A stretch of DNA of 64,000 nt, taken from the NCBI GenBank assembly GCA_964016885.1, contig OZ024741.1, positions 89,590,001 through 89,654,000 of the forward strand, read 5' to 3'. The stretch comes from Eledone cirrhosa (lineage: Eukaryota). The notes under the pieces are model-generated. The model did no database searches. It was not told the DNA's origin and saw only the letters and a program-made list of their open reading frames with translations. The translations under genes and the position numbers were made by a program. This document shows, piece after piece, positions 24,769-39,283 of the stretch; within the stretch, counting starts at the first letter, position 1, and each line of letters starts with the position of its first letter.

Positions 24769-27251
24769 ATAAGAGGCGCGCTCTGTCACGCTACTTGACG
24801 GCAAGACCACAGGAGAGGAATACGTTGCATGAGGAGCTCAGGGATGTAAAATCACGTGTTAGGCGGAGTCTTTCTCAGATGAAGGATCAGTGGTGGAGTG
24901 AGAAGGCTGGTGAGATACAAACTGCGTCTGATTGCAATAACACAAAGCTGTTGTACAGTCTCTTGCGTGAGGTTTATGGACCGTCTTCTTCTCTGGTGAC
25001 ACCGATTCGCAGCAAGGATGGCAAAGAACTTCTTCGTGACTCACAGGGAATTCTACGAAGGTGGCGGGAGCACTTTGATGATCTTTTGAATCAGCCGTCT
25101 GTCGTCAGTGAAGATTTCCTCAATCTCATTCCGGAAAGTCCTGTGAAAGTAGCTCTCGCAGAGCCTCCGACACTTGTGGAGGTTGCAGTGGCTATTTCGA
25201 AGCTGAACAGTGGAAGATCTCCAGGTATGGATGGCATACATGCTGAGCTCCTACAATATGGTGGTGAGAGACTCCTGCAACATCTTCACTCTCTGTTTGG
25301 AAGGATATGGGCTAATGAATCCGTGCCTGAGGACTGGAGAGATGCAGTAATGGTGGTCTTGTACAAGGGAAAGGGTAACAGGAATGATTGTGGGAACTAC
25401 AGAGGTATATCATTGCTTTCTGTCGTGGGGAAAGTTTTATGTAGGGTGCTTCTGGACCGTCTGCTGACACACATTGCAGATTGTGTCCTTCCTGAAAGTC
25501 AATCTGGTTTTCGTGTTGGACGCGGCACTACTGATATGATCTTCTCAGCTAGACAGCTCCAGGAGAAGTGCATTGAACAGGGCTTGGATCTGTATCAGGT
25601 TTTTGTCGATCTGACAAAGGCTTTCGATACTGTCAACAGAGATGCATTATGGAAGGTTCTCCAGAAACTTGGTTGCCCTGATAAGTTCCTTGCTTTAGTT
25701 AGGTCTTTCCATGACGACATGAAGGCTTGGGTTAATGTCGGAGGTAACATGTCGGAGCCTATCTCAGTAAAAAATGGAGTGAAACAGGGGGATATTCCAG
25801 CACCGACCCTGTTTGCCATATACTTTGCAATGGTTTTCTGTGTTGCATTCAGGAATTGCGAGCATGGTGTTTACATCCGATATCGAACCTCAGGCAGCAT
25901 ATTTAACATCAGGCGCTTTGCTGCGAAGACAAAAGTATTTACATCAGTCATAAGAGACCTCTTGTATGCAGATGATTGCGATCTTGTAGCGCACACAGAG
26001 AGTGATATGCAGCACATTTTGAATGTATTTTCTGACGCTTGCACTGCCCTGGGTTTGACTGTCAGTCTCAAGAAAACCGTCGTCATGTACCAACCTGCAC
26101 CTGGTAGGCAGTACACTGAACCAAACATCTATGTGTATGGCAAACGACTTGGAGTGGTTGATCAGTTTGTCTACCTGGGAAGCACTGTCAATCGATACGG
26201 CAATCTTGACAGTGAAATCTCACTTAGGATTAGGAAAGCAAGTGATGCTTTCGGAAAGCTAGAAAGGCGACTCTGGGGTCGGCGAGACATATGCAGGAGG
26301 ACAAAGGTAAAGGTGTACAGGGCATGTGTACTCTCTTGTCTTCTTTATGCCTGCGAGACCTGGGTCACATATCGACGCCACCTTAAGCAATTGGAGCGTT
26401 TCCATCAGATGTGTCTCAGACGGATACATGGCGTTCGCTGGAGGGACCACATCAGTGATGTCGAGATTTTGGAAAGCTCTATGTGTGACAGTATAGAAGC
26501 TCTTGTGCTTAAGCAGCGACTCCGTTGGAGTGGTCACCTTGCCAGGATGAAGGATTCTAGAATACCAAAACAACTCTTCTATGGAGAGTTGGTTAAAGGA
26601 AAACGACCGCCACATAAACCAAAAAAGAGGTATAAGGATTCCTTGAAGGCCTCTCTGAAAGACGCTAACATCTCTGCTGATACATGGGAAAATATTGCTG
26701 CTGATCGTAATAAATGGAGAAAGACTGTATATGAGGGAAAAGTTGCCTTTGAGGCATCTCGAATCGCACACGAGAAAGTAAAGCGGGACGTGAGGAAGGG
26801 TATTGCTGTTGCACTTCCAGACGGCGAGGGTCCTCCTATGTTTCTGACATGCAGCGTCTGTGCGAGACTCTGCCTAAGCAAAGCTGGACTCGAAAGTCAT
26901 CTTCGCAGTCATAAAGTAAGACCAGTGGTTGACTACCAGGCTGCTGTTGGAGATGCTACTCATCATGCTTGCCAAACATGTGGTAGAGAATGTAAATCAG
27001 CAGGAGGACTCAAGCGACATGCAAAAGTACACGAACTCCAACCACAGCCGACTATTCCCAGTAAATGTTTTGGTTGCCGACTCTGTGCAAGACATTTTGG
27101 ATCATTGGCTGGGCTAAAAAGCCACATTCGATCGCAGCACTGTTAGTTGCTATCGTGTGTGTGTGTAGATATGCTTATGTGCGTGCGTGTGTGTGTATAT
27201 ATATATGAATATGTATATTATTATTGTTGTTGTCGTTATTATTATTATTGC

Positions 27252-27300
<49 letters not shown>

Positions 27301-27366
27301 TTTTTTTTTTTTTTATTTTTTTTTTTTTTTTATTGTGCAATGGCCATACTCGATAACGAGGGGGCA

Positions 27367-27372
<6 letters not shown>
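24769..27372 (+). mobile_element. 5'-truncated copy of the young RTE/BovB-type LINE
   Basis: Colinear with the full-length copy from 29917 onward (offset 5148 through the ORF); 9 substitutions counted by eye over the ORF; same 3' end TGGCCATACTCGATAACGAGGGGGCAGCCATC. Confidence 0.96.
24795..27146 (+). CDS. Truncated RTE ORF: RT + three C2H2 zinc fingers (no endonuclease)
   Basis: [40 protein letters not shown], three CxxC...H...H fingers. Confidence 0.85.
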   Translation: MTARPQERNTLHEELRDVKSRVRRSLSQMKDQWWSEKAGEIQTASDCNNTKLLYSLLREVYGPSSSLVTPIRSKDGKELLRDSQGILRRWREHFDDLLNQPSVVSEDFLNLIPESPVKVALAEPPTLVEVAVAISKLNSGRSPGMDGIHAELLQYGGERLLQHLHSLFGRIWANESVPEDWRDAVMVVLYKGKGNRNDCGNYRGISLLSVVGKVLCRVLLDRLLTHIADCVLPESQSGFRVGRGTTDMIFSARQLQEKCIEQGLDLYQVFVDLTKAFDTVNRDALWKVLQKLGCPDKFLALVRSFHDDMKAWVNVGGNMSEPISVKNGVKQGDIPAPTLFAIYFAMVFCVAFRNCEHGVYIRYRTSGSIFNIRRFAAKTKVFTSVIRDLLYADDCDLVAHTESDMQHILNVFSDACTALGLTVSLKKTVVMYQPAPGRQYTEPNIYVYGKRLGVVDQFVYLGSTVNRYGNLDSEISLRIRKASDAFGKLERRLWGRRDICRRTKVKVYRACVLSCLLYACETWVTYRRHLKQLERFHQMCLRRIHGVRWRDHISDVEILESSMCDSIEALVLKQRLRWSGHLARMKDSRIPKQLFYGELVKGKRPPHKPKKRYKDSLKASLKDANISADTWENIAADRNKWRKTVYEGKVAFEASRIAHEKVKRDVRKGIAVALPDGEGPPMFLTCSVCARLCLSKAGLESHLRSHKVRPVVDYQAAVGDATHHACQTCGRECKSAGGLKRHAKVHELQPQPTIPSKCFGCRLCARHFGSLAGLKSHIRSQHC

Positions 27373-27897
<525 letters not shown>

Positions 27898-28301
27898 CGC
27901 CACCGCCGTCGCCATCACCATCACCAGCGACCTGGCCTTAAGAACAACTTTAATAATAATTTTTCTGCTTTTGGCACGGATCCAGCGACTGGCCAGCGCA
28001 TCACTGGTACTCTCTTTTGTTGACTCCGTGGAGAGCCATAACTCTATGCTGTAAAGCAATTATAGTAATACTGGACTGTAATACGATCGGCTTCAACTAT
28101 ACAAACTCTTGAAAGTCAACAGTTGACATAATCTGGTAATCTTGTATCAGTAATGACGGTAATATATATATATATATGTGTGTGTGTGCGTGTAAGTGAG
28201 TAGAGTAGCGTGTGTGTGTGTTTGTTGTGTGTGTGAGTGTTGCTGTGTGCACGCATATGTATGCGTGTGTGTGTATGTCGTACGTATAAGTGTCAATAAG
28301 T

Positions 28302-28338
<37 letters not shown>

Positions 28339-28639
28339 GCGGGGACATAGAAATAATCGGGCTGGATGCCCGATCGCGCAGTTAAACCACTGGGAGTGAA
28401 GAACCCCTAGCCCATGTCAGGGTATTCTTCTAGGAGAAGGCATCTCAGGAAACTGGGTTAACTCCGATATAAAACCTGCGGCTCAGTAGTTACCGATGAT
28501 GTTGATCTTTTCTTCTTTTCGGGTTATAGCTACTGTCGCTCAGAGAGTGGGATTGGTTCAGTGCACAGTCTTTCCTCACTTTAAAAATATTCGTCACGCA
28601 CAGGCATTGCACGAGTGCATTAATAATTATTAATAGTGT

Positions 28640-28680
<41 letters not shown>

Positions 28681-31600
28681 TATTATTACTTTTTTTTTTT
28701 TTTTTTTTTTTTTTCTCCCTTTTTTTTTTTTTTTTTTTTTCCAATTCAATGATGTTCCAGAACAATGTAAACGAGATAATTGCCAATTTGGGTTCTGGAA
28801 CAAAAAGGATCATTGGCAATAAGGGCAGGGGCCCCAAGTTATCACAACCTGGGCCCGCCCGTCATCGTGCCATTGTAATAGAGCCAAACAGGGCATTTAG
28901 TCTTGGCTGCTGGAACGTACGGACGCTGCTTGACGGGGATTCTTTGGAGCGTCCTGAACGAAGGACCGCTCTTGTTGCGAAGGAGCTTCGACGTTACGAT
29001 CTTGACATCGTGGCTTTGTCTGAGACGAGGTTAGCTGGAGATGGTCATCTTACGGAATTTTGTGGAGAATATACATTCTTCTGGAAAGGAAGAGATGAAG
29101 GAACCAGAAGAGAGGCTGGGGTAGGATTTGCTGTTAAGACTGTACTGGTGAATAAATTGGAAGAATTCCCAGTGGGGATTAGTGAGCGTCTTATGTCCAT
29201 GAGAGTTCCGCTGGACAGGGGAAGATATGCTACCCTGGTGAGTGTGTATGCTCCAACTATGAATTCTGTCGATGAGGAAAAACTGTCCTTTTACCATGCC
29301 TTGAAAGGTGTTTTAAGAAATATCCCTCAGGCAGACAAAGTCATCGTGCTTGGTGACTTTAATGCTAGAGTGGGTAGGGATTTTAACACATGGAATGTAA
29401 TCGGAAGGCATGGGGTGGGAAAGTGTAACAGCAATGGTATGCTCTTGCTGCAGATGTGTGAGGAGCTGGATCTGTGTGTTACCAACACCATGTTCCAACA
29501 AAAGAACAAATTCAAGACCACATGGATGCATCCTGCATCTAAGGAATGGCATCTTTTGGACTACGTCCTAGTCAGGATGCGTGACAGACAGGATGTGCGG
29601 TGTGTTCGTGTTCTTCGTGGAGCTGAGTGCTGGACGGACCACCGCCTGGTACGCGCAAAAGTGAATCTAATCACCAAACGTAAAATCCGGGCTCCTGGTG
29701 TTGCCCTGCCCAAAAGATTGAATGCTGCTCGTCTTAAGGATAAAAATGTGAAGAGGACATTGGAAGAAGAGATGCAGGCTGCAGATCTTGGTGAGGATTG
29801 GCCGACCCTTAAAAAGTCGGTTTATGATGTAGGCAGACGTGTTCTGGGATTGGTGCAGAGAAAACATCAGGACTGGTTTAATGAGAAAGATGTGCATATA
29901 GATGACTTGTTGGCTGATAAGAGGCGCGCTCTGTCACGCTACTTGACGGCAAGACCACAGGAGAGGAATACGTTGCATGAGGAGCTCAGGGATGTAAAAT
30001 CACGTGTTAGGCGGAGTCTTTCTCAGATGAAGGATCAGTGGTGGAGTGAGAAGGCTGGTGAGATACAAACTGCGTCTGATTGCAATAACACAAAGCTGTT
30101 GTACAGTCTCTTGCGTGAGGTTTATGGACCGTCTTCTTCTCTGGTGACACCGATTCGCAGCAAGGATGGCAAAGAACTTCTTCGTGACTCACAGGGAATT
30201 CTACGAAGGTGGCGGGAGCACTTTGATGATCTTTTGAATCAGCCGTCTGTCGTCAGTGAAGATTTCCTCAATCTCATTCCGGAAAGTCCTGTGAAAGTAG
30301 CTCTCGCAGAGCCTCCGACACTTGTGGAGGTTGCAGTGGCTATTTCGAAGCTGAACAGTGGAAGATCTCCAGGTATGGATGGCATACATGCTGAGCTCCT
30401 ACAATATGGTGGTGAGAGACTCCTGCAACATCTTCACTCTCTGTTTGGAAGGATATGCGCTAATGAATCCGTGCCTGAGGACTGGAGAGATGCAGTAATG
30501 GTGGTCTTGTACAAGGGAAAGGGTAACAGGAATGATTGTGGGAACTACAGAGGTATATCATTGCTTTCTGTCGTGGGGAAAGTTTTATGTAGGGTGCTTC
30601 TGGACCGTCTGCTGACACACATTGCAGATTGTGTCCTTCCTGAAAGTCAATCTGGTTTTCGTGTTGGACGCGGCACTACTGATATGATCTTCTCAGCTAG
30701 ACAGCTCCAGGAGAAGTGCATTGAACAGGGCTTGGATCTGTATCAGGTTTTTGTCGATCTGACAAAGGCTTTCGATACTGTCAACAGAGATGCATTATGG
30801 AAGGTTCTCCAGAAACTTGGTTGCCCTGATAAGTTCCTTGCTTTGGTTAGGTCTTTCCATGACGACATGAAGGCTTGGGTTAATGTCGGAGGTAACATGT
30901 CGGAGCCTATCTCAGTAAAAAATGGAGTGAAACGGGGGGATATTCCAGCACCGACCCTGTTTGCCATATACTTTGCAATGGTTTTCTGTATTGCATTCAG
31001 GAATTGCGAGCATGGTGTTTACATCCGATATCGAACCTCAGGCAGCATATTTAACATCAGGCGCTTTGCTGCGAAGACAAAAGTATTTACATCAGTCATA
31101 AGAGACCTCTTGTATGCAGATGATTGCGATCTTGTAGCGCACACAGAGAGTGATATGCAGCACATTTTGAATGTATTTTCTGACGCTTGCACTGCCCTGG
31201 GTTTGACTGTCAGTCTCAAGAAAACCGTCGTCATGTACCAACCTGCACCTGGTAGGCAGTACACTGAACCAAACATCTATGTGTATGGCAAACGACTTGG
31301 AGTGGTTGATCAGTTTGTCTACCTGGGAAGCACTGTCAATCGATACGGCAACCTTGACGGTGAAATCTCACTTAGGATTAGGAAAGCAAGTGATGCTTTC
31401 GGAAAGCTAGAAAGGCGACTCTGGGGTCGGCGAGACATATGCAGGAGGACAAAGGTAAAGGTGTACAGGGCATGTGTACTCTCTTGTCTTCTTTATGCCT
31501 GCGAGACCTGGGTCACATATCGACGCCACCTTAAGCAATTGGAGCGTTTCCATCAGATGTGTCTCAGACGGATACATGGCGTTCGCTGGAGGGACCACAT

Positions 31601-32407
31601 CAGTGATGTCGAGATTTTGGAAAGCTCTATGTGTGACAGTATAGAAGCTCTTGTGCTTAAGCAGCGACTCCGTTGGAGTGGTCACCTTGCCAGGATGAAG
31701 GATTCTAGAATACCAAAACAACTCTTCTATGGAGAGTTGGTTAAAGGAAAACGACCGCCACATAAACCAAAAAAGAGGTATAAGGATTCCTTGAAGGCCT
31801 CTCTGAGAGACGCTAACATCTCTGCTGATACATGGGAAAATATTGCTGCTGATCGTAATAAATGGAGAAAGACTGTATATGAGGGAAAAGTTGCCTTTGA
31901 GGCATCTCGAATCGCACACGAGAAAGTAAAGCGGGACGTGAGGAAGGGTATTGCTGTTGCACTTCCAGACGGCGAGGGTCCTCCTATGTTTCTGGCATGC
32001 GGCGTCTGTGCGAGACTCTGCCTAAGCAAAGCTGGACTCGAAAGTCATCTTCGCAGTCATAAAGTAAGACCAGTGGTTGACTACCAGGCTGCTGTTGGAG
32101 ATGCTACTCATCATGCTTGCCAAACATGTGGTAGAGAATGTAAATCAGCAGGAGGACTCAAGCGACATGCAAAAGTACACGAACTCCAACCACAGCCGAC
32201 TATTCCCAGTAAATGTTTTGGTTGCCGACTCTGTGCAAGACATTTTGGATCATTGGCTGGGCTAAAAAGCCACATTCGATCGCAGCACTGTTAGTTGCTA
32301 TCGTGTGTTTGTGTGTGTGTGTAGATATGCTTATGTGCGTGCGTGTGTGTGTATATATATATGAATATGTATATTATTATTGTTGTTGTCGTTATTATTA
32401 TTATTGC

Positions 32408-32441
<34 letters not shown>

Positions 32442-32497
32442 TTTTTTTTTTTTTTTATTGTGCAATGGCCATACTCGATAACGAGGGGGCAGCCATC
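27898..32497 (+). mobile_element. Full-length RTE/BovB-type LINE (5' boundary inferred)
   Basis: ~850-bp 5' region including RTE-like TCTAGGAGAAGG..AAAACCT, single 1181-aa ORF, short 3' UTR with terminal stem-loop CTCG-ATAA-CGAG; (TA)n arrays on both sides. Confidence 0.93.
28749..32294 (+). CDS. RTE LINE polyprotein: APE endonuclease - reverse transcriptase - 3x C2H2 zinc finger
   Basis: [43 protein letters not shown]; RT LLYADD; uninterrupted 1181 aa. Confidence 0.96.
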   Translation: MMFQNNVNEIIANLGSGTKRIIGNKGRGPKLSQPGPARHRAIVIEPNRAFSLGCWNVRTLLDGDSLERPERRTALVAKELRRYDLDIVALSETRLAGDGHLTEFCGEYTFFWKGRDEGTRREAGVGFAVKTVLVNKLEEFPVGISERLMSMRVPLDRGRYATLVSVYAPTMNSVDEEKLSFYHALKGVLRNIPQADKVIVLGDFNARVGRDFNTWNVIGRHGVGKCNSNGMLLLQMCEELDLCVTNTMFQQKNKFKTTWMHPASKEWHLLDYVLVRMRDRQDVRCVRVLRGAECWTDHRLVRAKVNLITKRKIRAPGVALPKRLNAARLKDKNVKRTLEEEMQAADLGEDWPTLKKSVYDVGRRVLGLVQRKHQDWFNEKDVHIDDLLADKRRALSRYLTARPQERNTLHEELRDVKSRVRRSLSQMKDQWWSEKAGEIQTASDCNNTKLLYSLLREVYGPSSSLVTPIRSKDGKELLRDSQGILRRWREHFDDLLNQPSVVSEDFLNLIPESPVKVALAEPPTLVEVAVAISKLNSGRSPGMDGIHAELLQYGGERLLQHLHSLFGRICANESVPEDWRDAVMVVLYKGKGNRNDCGNYRGISLLSVVGKVLCRVLLDRLLTHIADCVLPESQSGFRVGRGTTDMIFSARQLQEKCIEQGLDLYQVFVDLTKAFDTVNRDALWKVLQKLGCPDKFLALVRSFHDDMKAWVNVGGNMSEPISVKNGVKRGDIPAPTLFAIYFAMVFCIAFRNCEHGVYIRYRTSGSIFNIRRFAAKTKVFTSVIRDLLYADDCDLVAHTESDMQHILNVFSDACTALGLTVSLKKTVVMYQPAPGRQYTEPNIYVYGKRLGVVDQFVYLGSTVNRYGNLDGEISLRIRKASDAFGKLERRLWGRRDICRRTKVKVYRACVLSCLLYACETWVTYRRHLKQLERFHQMCLRRIHGVRWRDHISDVEILESSMCDSIEALVLKQRLRWSGHLARMKDSRIPKQLFYGELVKGKRPPHKPKKRYKDSLKASLRDANISADTWENIAADRNKWRKTVYEGKVAFEASRIAHEKVKRDVRKGIAVALPDGEGPPMFLACGVCARLCLSKAGLESHLRSHKVRPVVDYQAAVGDATHHACQTCGRECKSAGGLKRHAKVHELQPQPTIPSKCFGCRLCARHFGSLAGLKSHIRSQHC

Positions 32498-33560
<1,063 letters not shown>

Positions 33561-33852
33561 CAGTTCAAGAGTAACCAATCTTAAAGAGAGAGATGGAGAT
33601 AGGAGAGGAGAGATTGGTGAATTAGTTAGAAGCCAAAGCGTAAAGGCATGTGCTCAATGTGCAATATGCAGTGGAAAGCAGCTAGGTGGCTGGGTTCATG
33701 CAGAAGTTAGGTGCGCAGAGCTGGAAATATTCATTAGTTAAGCAAAACAAGACCACAAATTTCACAAGGAAGACATTATTAAAAGATTGTCAACATATTT
33801 TAGTTTGATGTGAGGAATGTAGAGAATAATAATAATAATATTAATAATAATT

Positions 33853-34030
33853 GTTTCTACTTTAGGCACAAGGCCAGCAATTACCCAGTGCATTACTGGT
33901 ACTTTATTTTATCGACCCCGTAAGGATGAAAGGCAAAGTCAACCTCGGCGGGATTTGAACTCAGATTGTAAAGGGACGTAACTATGCTGGAAAGCATGGC
34001 GTCCGACCTTCTACCGATACTGCCAATCCA
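33853..34030 (-). mobile_element. tRNA-derived SINE (Meta-domain-like family)
   Basis: Reverse complement of the 55284-55457 type copy; tail abuts (AAT)n. Confidence 0.8.
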
Positions 34031-35646
34031 TGTCCGTTTACAATTGTTTCGCTACTCCATATAATATTCCTGGATCAAATGATTATATATCATTATTGAT
34101 CTGGTTCAGTTGAAAATAATTAACATAGTTAAAGATAGAGCGGCTCATCGGAACTTCAAAGGAATATAAATTAAAATAAGGAAAGAATGTTACATAATGT
34201 AGTGTTCTATATATTGGTATTTCACTATGGTGTCCTGGATGTATCAATTGTCTGCAATTGATATTATTGTCTCTACATTCCTTACATCAAACTAAAACAT
34301 GTTGACAATCTTTTAATAATGTCTTCCTTGTGAAATTTGTGGTCTTGTTTTGCTTAACTAATGAATATATATATATATATATAGATCTATATATATATAT
34401 ATATCTAGATCTATATATCTATATCTATATATATATGAAACAATAGTAATAAACACATCATAATATTGAAATAAATACAAAGCAGGTAATAGGAAGGGCA
34501 TCCAGTCATAGAAAGCTTGCTAAACAAAGGGTTGGGAGGACCCTCCAGTCATGTCAAAGACATAATGGTCTCCTCAGTGTTGGGGACCTACACAATAAAT
34601 GCACCCAGTACATGTTGTAAAGTGGTTGATAGGAAAAGCATCCAGCTGTAGAAAGCTTGCTAAGCAAAGGGTTAAGAAGACCTATCAGTTGTGTCAAAGA
34701 CATGACAACTTCTGTGCAGTTCATAGAAAATGAGACCATACGTAAGATAACAAACACCCTAGCCTGTCTGGGAGGTCAGTAGACCTGCTTCAGTACTGAC
34801 TTGGTCTGTGTAGACTCAGCCAACATTTGCTAGCAGAGAATGTAGACATTAAAATGATGATGATGATGTGTATACTTATAAGAACAGTCATGGCATCAAA
34901 TTAATCCTTTATTTGTAAGTGTTTATAGGGTGCTTGATTGAACATTTTCAAGGAAGGTTTCAGAAACACGCTACACAATTGGATGAGCTTCCCTGAAATA
35001 TGAAATTACTATAGTGAAAATATTTGAAAAGCAAGACGTTGAAATTCCACCAGGGCATTGGACGTGTTAGCTCTGTATGGGCCTCCTTACTGGATAATAT
35101 TTATTACAACACCTTTGTTGGTTGTATAAAAATTACTGCCAGTAGAATGTATGAAAAATCTAATTGAAAAAAATGAAAGGAAAGGAACCAATAGTCATAT
35201 TAGACCAATGAAACAATGTTTCCATTGGCCTTTTCATTGCTTATACTATCTGCCAGTCATAGCAGGAGAAGGCAGGATTTGAACTCAGAAGGCACAGATA
35301 CTGCAAAACATCCTGTCTAATTCTTTAACAATTCCATAAATCCACTGTCCTCTGGACTGGTACTTTATCAACTCTGAGAGGATGAAAGGCAAAGTTGACC
35401 TCTGTTGGATTTGAATCTAGAGCCCATTGAGCCAGGACAAACAACAAGCAAATTAATCTCCTGTCCTAATGACTTTGTCAATTTGCTGCCTCAAGAATTG
35501 ACAAACCAATTTAATATATTGAAGCTATATATATACATACATTTAACATCCATTTTCCATGTGGTATATATATATACACACACACACACACACATCCATA
35601 CTTTATGGTTCCATAGTGAAAAATTGTTCAAAATCTACAAACTTAC

Positions 35647-35760
35647 CTATACTGCAGTTGTCAATGCTGTAAGGACTTGCCAATTCTCCACAGATCTTCC
35701 TCACCCTTTCTGTGCCCCACCCAGCTGGGTAGAGAATCAAACCAATTATACAGAATAAAC
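35647..35760 (-). CDS. LHFPL2: LHFPL2-like, middle coding exon
   Basis: Acceptor tttttacttttAG, donor GTAAGT; 114 nt, phase 1-1; (G)[37 protein letters not shown](G) carries the LHFP-family YPxGW..C......Y....C motif; too short for the ORF track. Confidence 0.92.
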
Positions 35761-36399
35761 CTAAAAGTAAAAACATTAAAAAACATTAAATTATCTGGGT
35801 TTGTTTATGGTACAATTAAATATGTGAAAGAGAGAGAGACAGTGAAATAAAAGTAGTGGAGGGAAGGAAAGAGAAAATAAAGAGTACATGTGTGTGCAGC
35901 ATGAACATGTAGTTTTGTGTATAGTGTGTATGTGTGGCTGTACTACAGCTGTCACTTGCTATCAAGTATGACTTAGTAGTATGAATCAGCCTTTTGTTAA
36001 AGATTTTAAGTGCCATTGTAGTTGCAAACATACATAGATACATTCTCAATTCTACCTTCCTTGATACAGTGGAATAACCAGGATGTGATAGCTGAAAGGA
36101 AAGAGGACTGCACCAGCACTGGGATGATGTTTTCTTTATGTACTTTGAAAGGATGAAAGACAAAGTAAACCGTAGCTGGATTTGAACTCATAATGCAGAG
36201 ACCCTAAACAAATATCCAATGCTTTTAAAACTCTGTTCGAAGTTCTATTTAAAGTGCATTAGTTTTTAAAGTAGTGGTGGTGCATTAGAATTTCATTGGA
36301 AATGGTTCACTGTGTTGAGTGCAGTGTGTGGTTGAATCAAGTGAAATCATTGTCTCTTTTGATTGAGTGCAGTGGTTAGCAGCATTAAATACCTTTTAA

Positions 36400-36567
36400 C
36401 CCTTTAACATCAACATTTTTTCCCCTTTTTCTCTGCAAACAAACGTTAACATATTCTCAAAATAAACAATATCATCATCAAAATCTCGTAGATTCAAGAT
36501 TATATGAGCTGAAGCCTTTATAGCAGGAATACAGTAGTAAATATAGAGTAATGTAAATGTTAAAGGG
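36400..36567. mobile_element. piggyBac-like MITE
   Basis: TTAA|CCCTTTAACAT ... ATGTTAAAGGG|TTAA; right end similar to 1292-1495. Confidence 0.7.
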
Positions 36568-37463
36568 TTAAGACAATAGTGCATATATTTTATCGTGTAT
36601 GTGAGTGATTAGCTTTAGTATTACCGTATTACAGAAACATCAATTATCACAGAACTGACTGAATGTGGAAGACTGTTTTCGTTGATATACATGTTAGCTG
36701 ACTGCCTGTTACATATGCACAAACATACAACAATTTATATTATAGAATTGTTTTTTTATGTAATTTGCTAGTTGGTATAAAGTCACTCCCTAGCCTCTAG
36801 CCACAGATGTGCTGTCTCCTGTCACTTCTGTTACTAAAATGATGTCTGTTTTCAGAACTTGTTAGTTTCATAAACCACTACAGAACTTGTTAGTTTCATA
36901 AACCACTACCACTCTAGACTCACTCATCACTTCTCTCATAAAGTGTTCACTAACCACTATGTCAGAGTCCTTCTGGTACAGCATACTAGCTCTCTGGAAG
37001 TCACCCCCCTGCTCCTGTCTACCCAAAAGGAATGAACCAGTAACAGTTTGAGCAGAACATCAGCAGCATCTATCTCACCAGTTTTGGTGTGTCTGTGAAG
37101 GTCATAAGCACTGCCCTTTCCTCCAGACCAACAAAGTATATAAAAGAAAATTCAGTTTTTAAATATAAATAGGGAAGAGGTAAATAGTATGAGTGACACT
37201 CTTTCTAATCAGTACTCTCTTAAAGTTTAGATGTTTCTAGGTTGAACATGTGGGATGGAGGTTTCACTAATTTTAATGATTTTCTCATCATTACTTCAAC
37301 AAGTACAGTTCTGTTGAAGAGGTTTAATATGACTGAAACATATCTGCAGTTGTCTCCTATACTTGTTGATAAAAATAATATTAATCATTAATGCTGCCTT
37401 CTCACCAACACAAATATTTCTGATTACAACACTAAATATGTTAACATTAAACTTAGCCACATG

Positions 37464-37734
37464 CAGGGACCTCATTTGCCTTAAAAATGTGAGGGGGACA
37501 AACCAACATTTGTTGATTCTTAAAGGAGCATAAATTGCTTATGGTGCCTTACCCAGACTATATCACATGAGTAAAATTTTATGCTAATTAAATTTTATTT
37601 ATTCAAATGAAGTTCAAATATAAAAAATAAGCTTAAAAAGAATTTATATTTCAAATAAACAAAAAATAAAACATAGACGTTTGAAAAAGTGGGGGAGACT
37701 TGTCCCCTGGAACCCCCCTGAAACAAGTCCCTTG
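37464..37734. mobile_element. hAT-type MITE
   Basis: Perfect 8-bp TSD GCCACATG (37456-37463, 37735-37742); ends CAGGGAC / GTCCCTTG. Confidence 0.7.
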
Positions 37735-39106
37735 GCCACATGTAATACTACCAAGTCATACAGCAGTATAGACAAAACAGTCATATAAGTCTTGTTGTAA
37801 TCAATCAACACTTGCTTGCAGAGACAACTGTACACCTACTAGGAGGCTGATAACAGGAATGGACTTTAACAGTCATGCTGTTGTTCCTGTTGAGCCCCTC
37901 CCCACTCCACTGTGTTTACCCTTCAGGCAAATATACAGTTAAAAAGTTTCAAGAATATTATTTAAACAACATTATTGCCAGGAATATAACACAAGTGAAT
38001 CCAAAGACCTAATCTTCTTAATGCAACAATTATACTGCTACAAAAAAAAACAAAAAAACAGCCATTACTCAATTGAGTATGATTTGGTAGTATGTATCCT
38101 GCTTTCATTAAGGATTTTAGGTCCCCATGCTGTCATGAGCAGACACTGACACCCTCTTGACCCACCTGCCACTGATCAAGGGGGAACATCCAGGATGTGG
38201 TAGGTGAAAGGAGAAGGGCTGCACTAGATCTGTGCTGGTACTTTATCAACCCTGAAAGGATGAAAGGCAAAGTGGACCATGACAGGATTTGAACTCAGAA
38301 TTCTGAAATCTGGAAAAAATATTCAATGCTTTACTAACTGCCAAATTGACTGTTCTGTACTAAAACTACAATTGAGCTGTGAAGCAAGGGATAATGGAAA
38401 ACCATGGATTAAACAAGAACTCGAGGCAGAAGAAATTAGTAGAGCATGAGCCAAAGAAGAAGCTTGACCTGCTAAAAATAACAATCAAATTTCTCCCTCA
38501 TTGCCCACCCAACCATCTTAAAAGAGAACAGAGACATTAGATATTCAAGTTCTAGATATAATATGTCTGAATAAAATATGGAATGTTCAAGACTGGAATA
38601 CCTTTGAACATATATCTGTTGGATCAGAGAATGATATAGTGTTGAACAACAACAGTGTCTGGTATCCCATGTAGAGTGTTGAGTTGCTCCACTCCTCATT
38701 CAACTGTTTTTGATCCATTGCTAAATAAAGCCTCAGCTTATCTGTTGTGGTTGTAAGCCTACCTGTCTACAATGGCTGAGTGCAGGTTGGATGAGATGCT
38801 CCTGTGGTCAGAGGATTAACCCTGGCCACAGTAGCATAACTAAGGAGTGAGGGGGGGGGGGGGGCTGCCTCAGGTAACCCTTTTATGGGGGCAGTACTTT
38901 AACAGGAAGTCACTGTGCAATATGTTGTATTTGTGTGGGGGAGGAGACAAACTCAAGGGCTGCCTCAATCAGGACACACTCTACCAACCCCACTAGCTAA
39001 CTATCAGCACAGACAGAATTTGAACCCAGAATTCAAAGAGCTGACAAAATATTGCAAGGCATCAATCATGTTCAATGTTCAAACAATTTTACCATACATT
39101 ATTTAA

Positions 39107-39283
39107 TGGCAGTATCGGTAGAGGGTCGGACGCCATGCTTTGATGCATAGAGTTATGGCCCTTGCCATTCTGAGTTCAAATCCCGCCAAGGTTAACTTTG
39201 CCTTTCATCCTTACGGGGTCGATAAAATAAAGAACCAGTAATGCACTGGGTATTTGCTGACCTTGTGCCAAAAGTAGAAACAA
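39107..39283 (+). mobile_element. tRNA-derived SINE (Meta-domain-like family)
   Basis: Family consensus; TSD ATTATTTAAT. Confidence 0.8.

Noticed and set aside
27898-28500. HDV-like or twister ribozyme at the RTE 5' end
   Set aside because: Plausible for RTEs, but I could not trace a complete fold by eye; needs an RNArobo/Infernal search
37311-37345. Minimal hammerhead-like TTGAAGAG..TGAAAC of a Penelope-type repeat
   Set aside because: Core CUGANGA is mutated and flanking helices are not convincing
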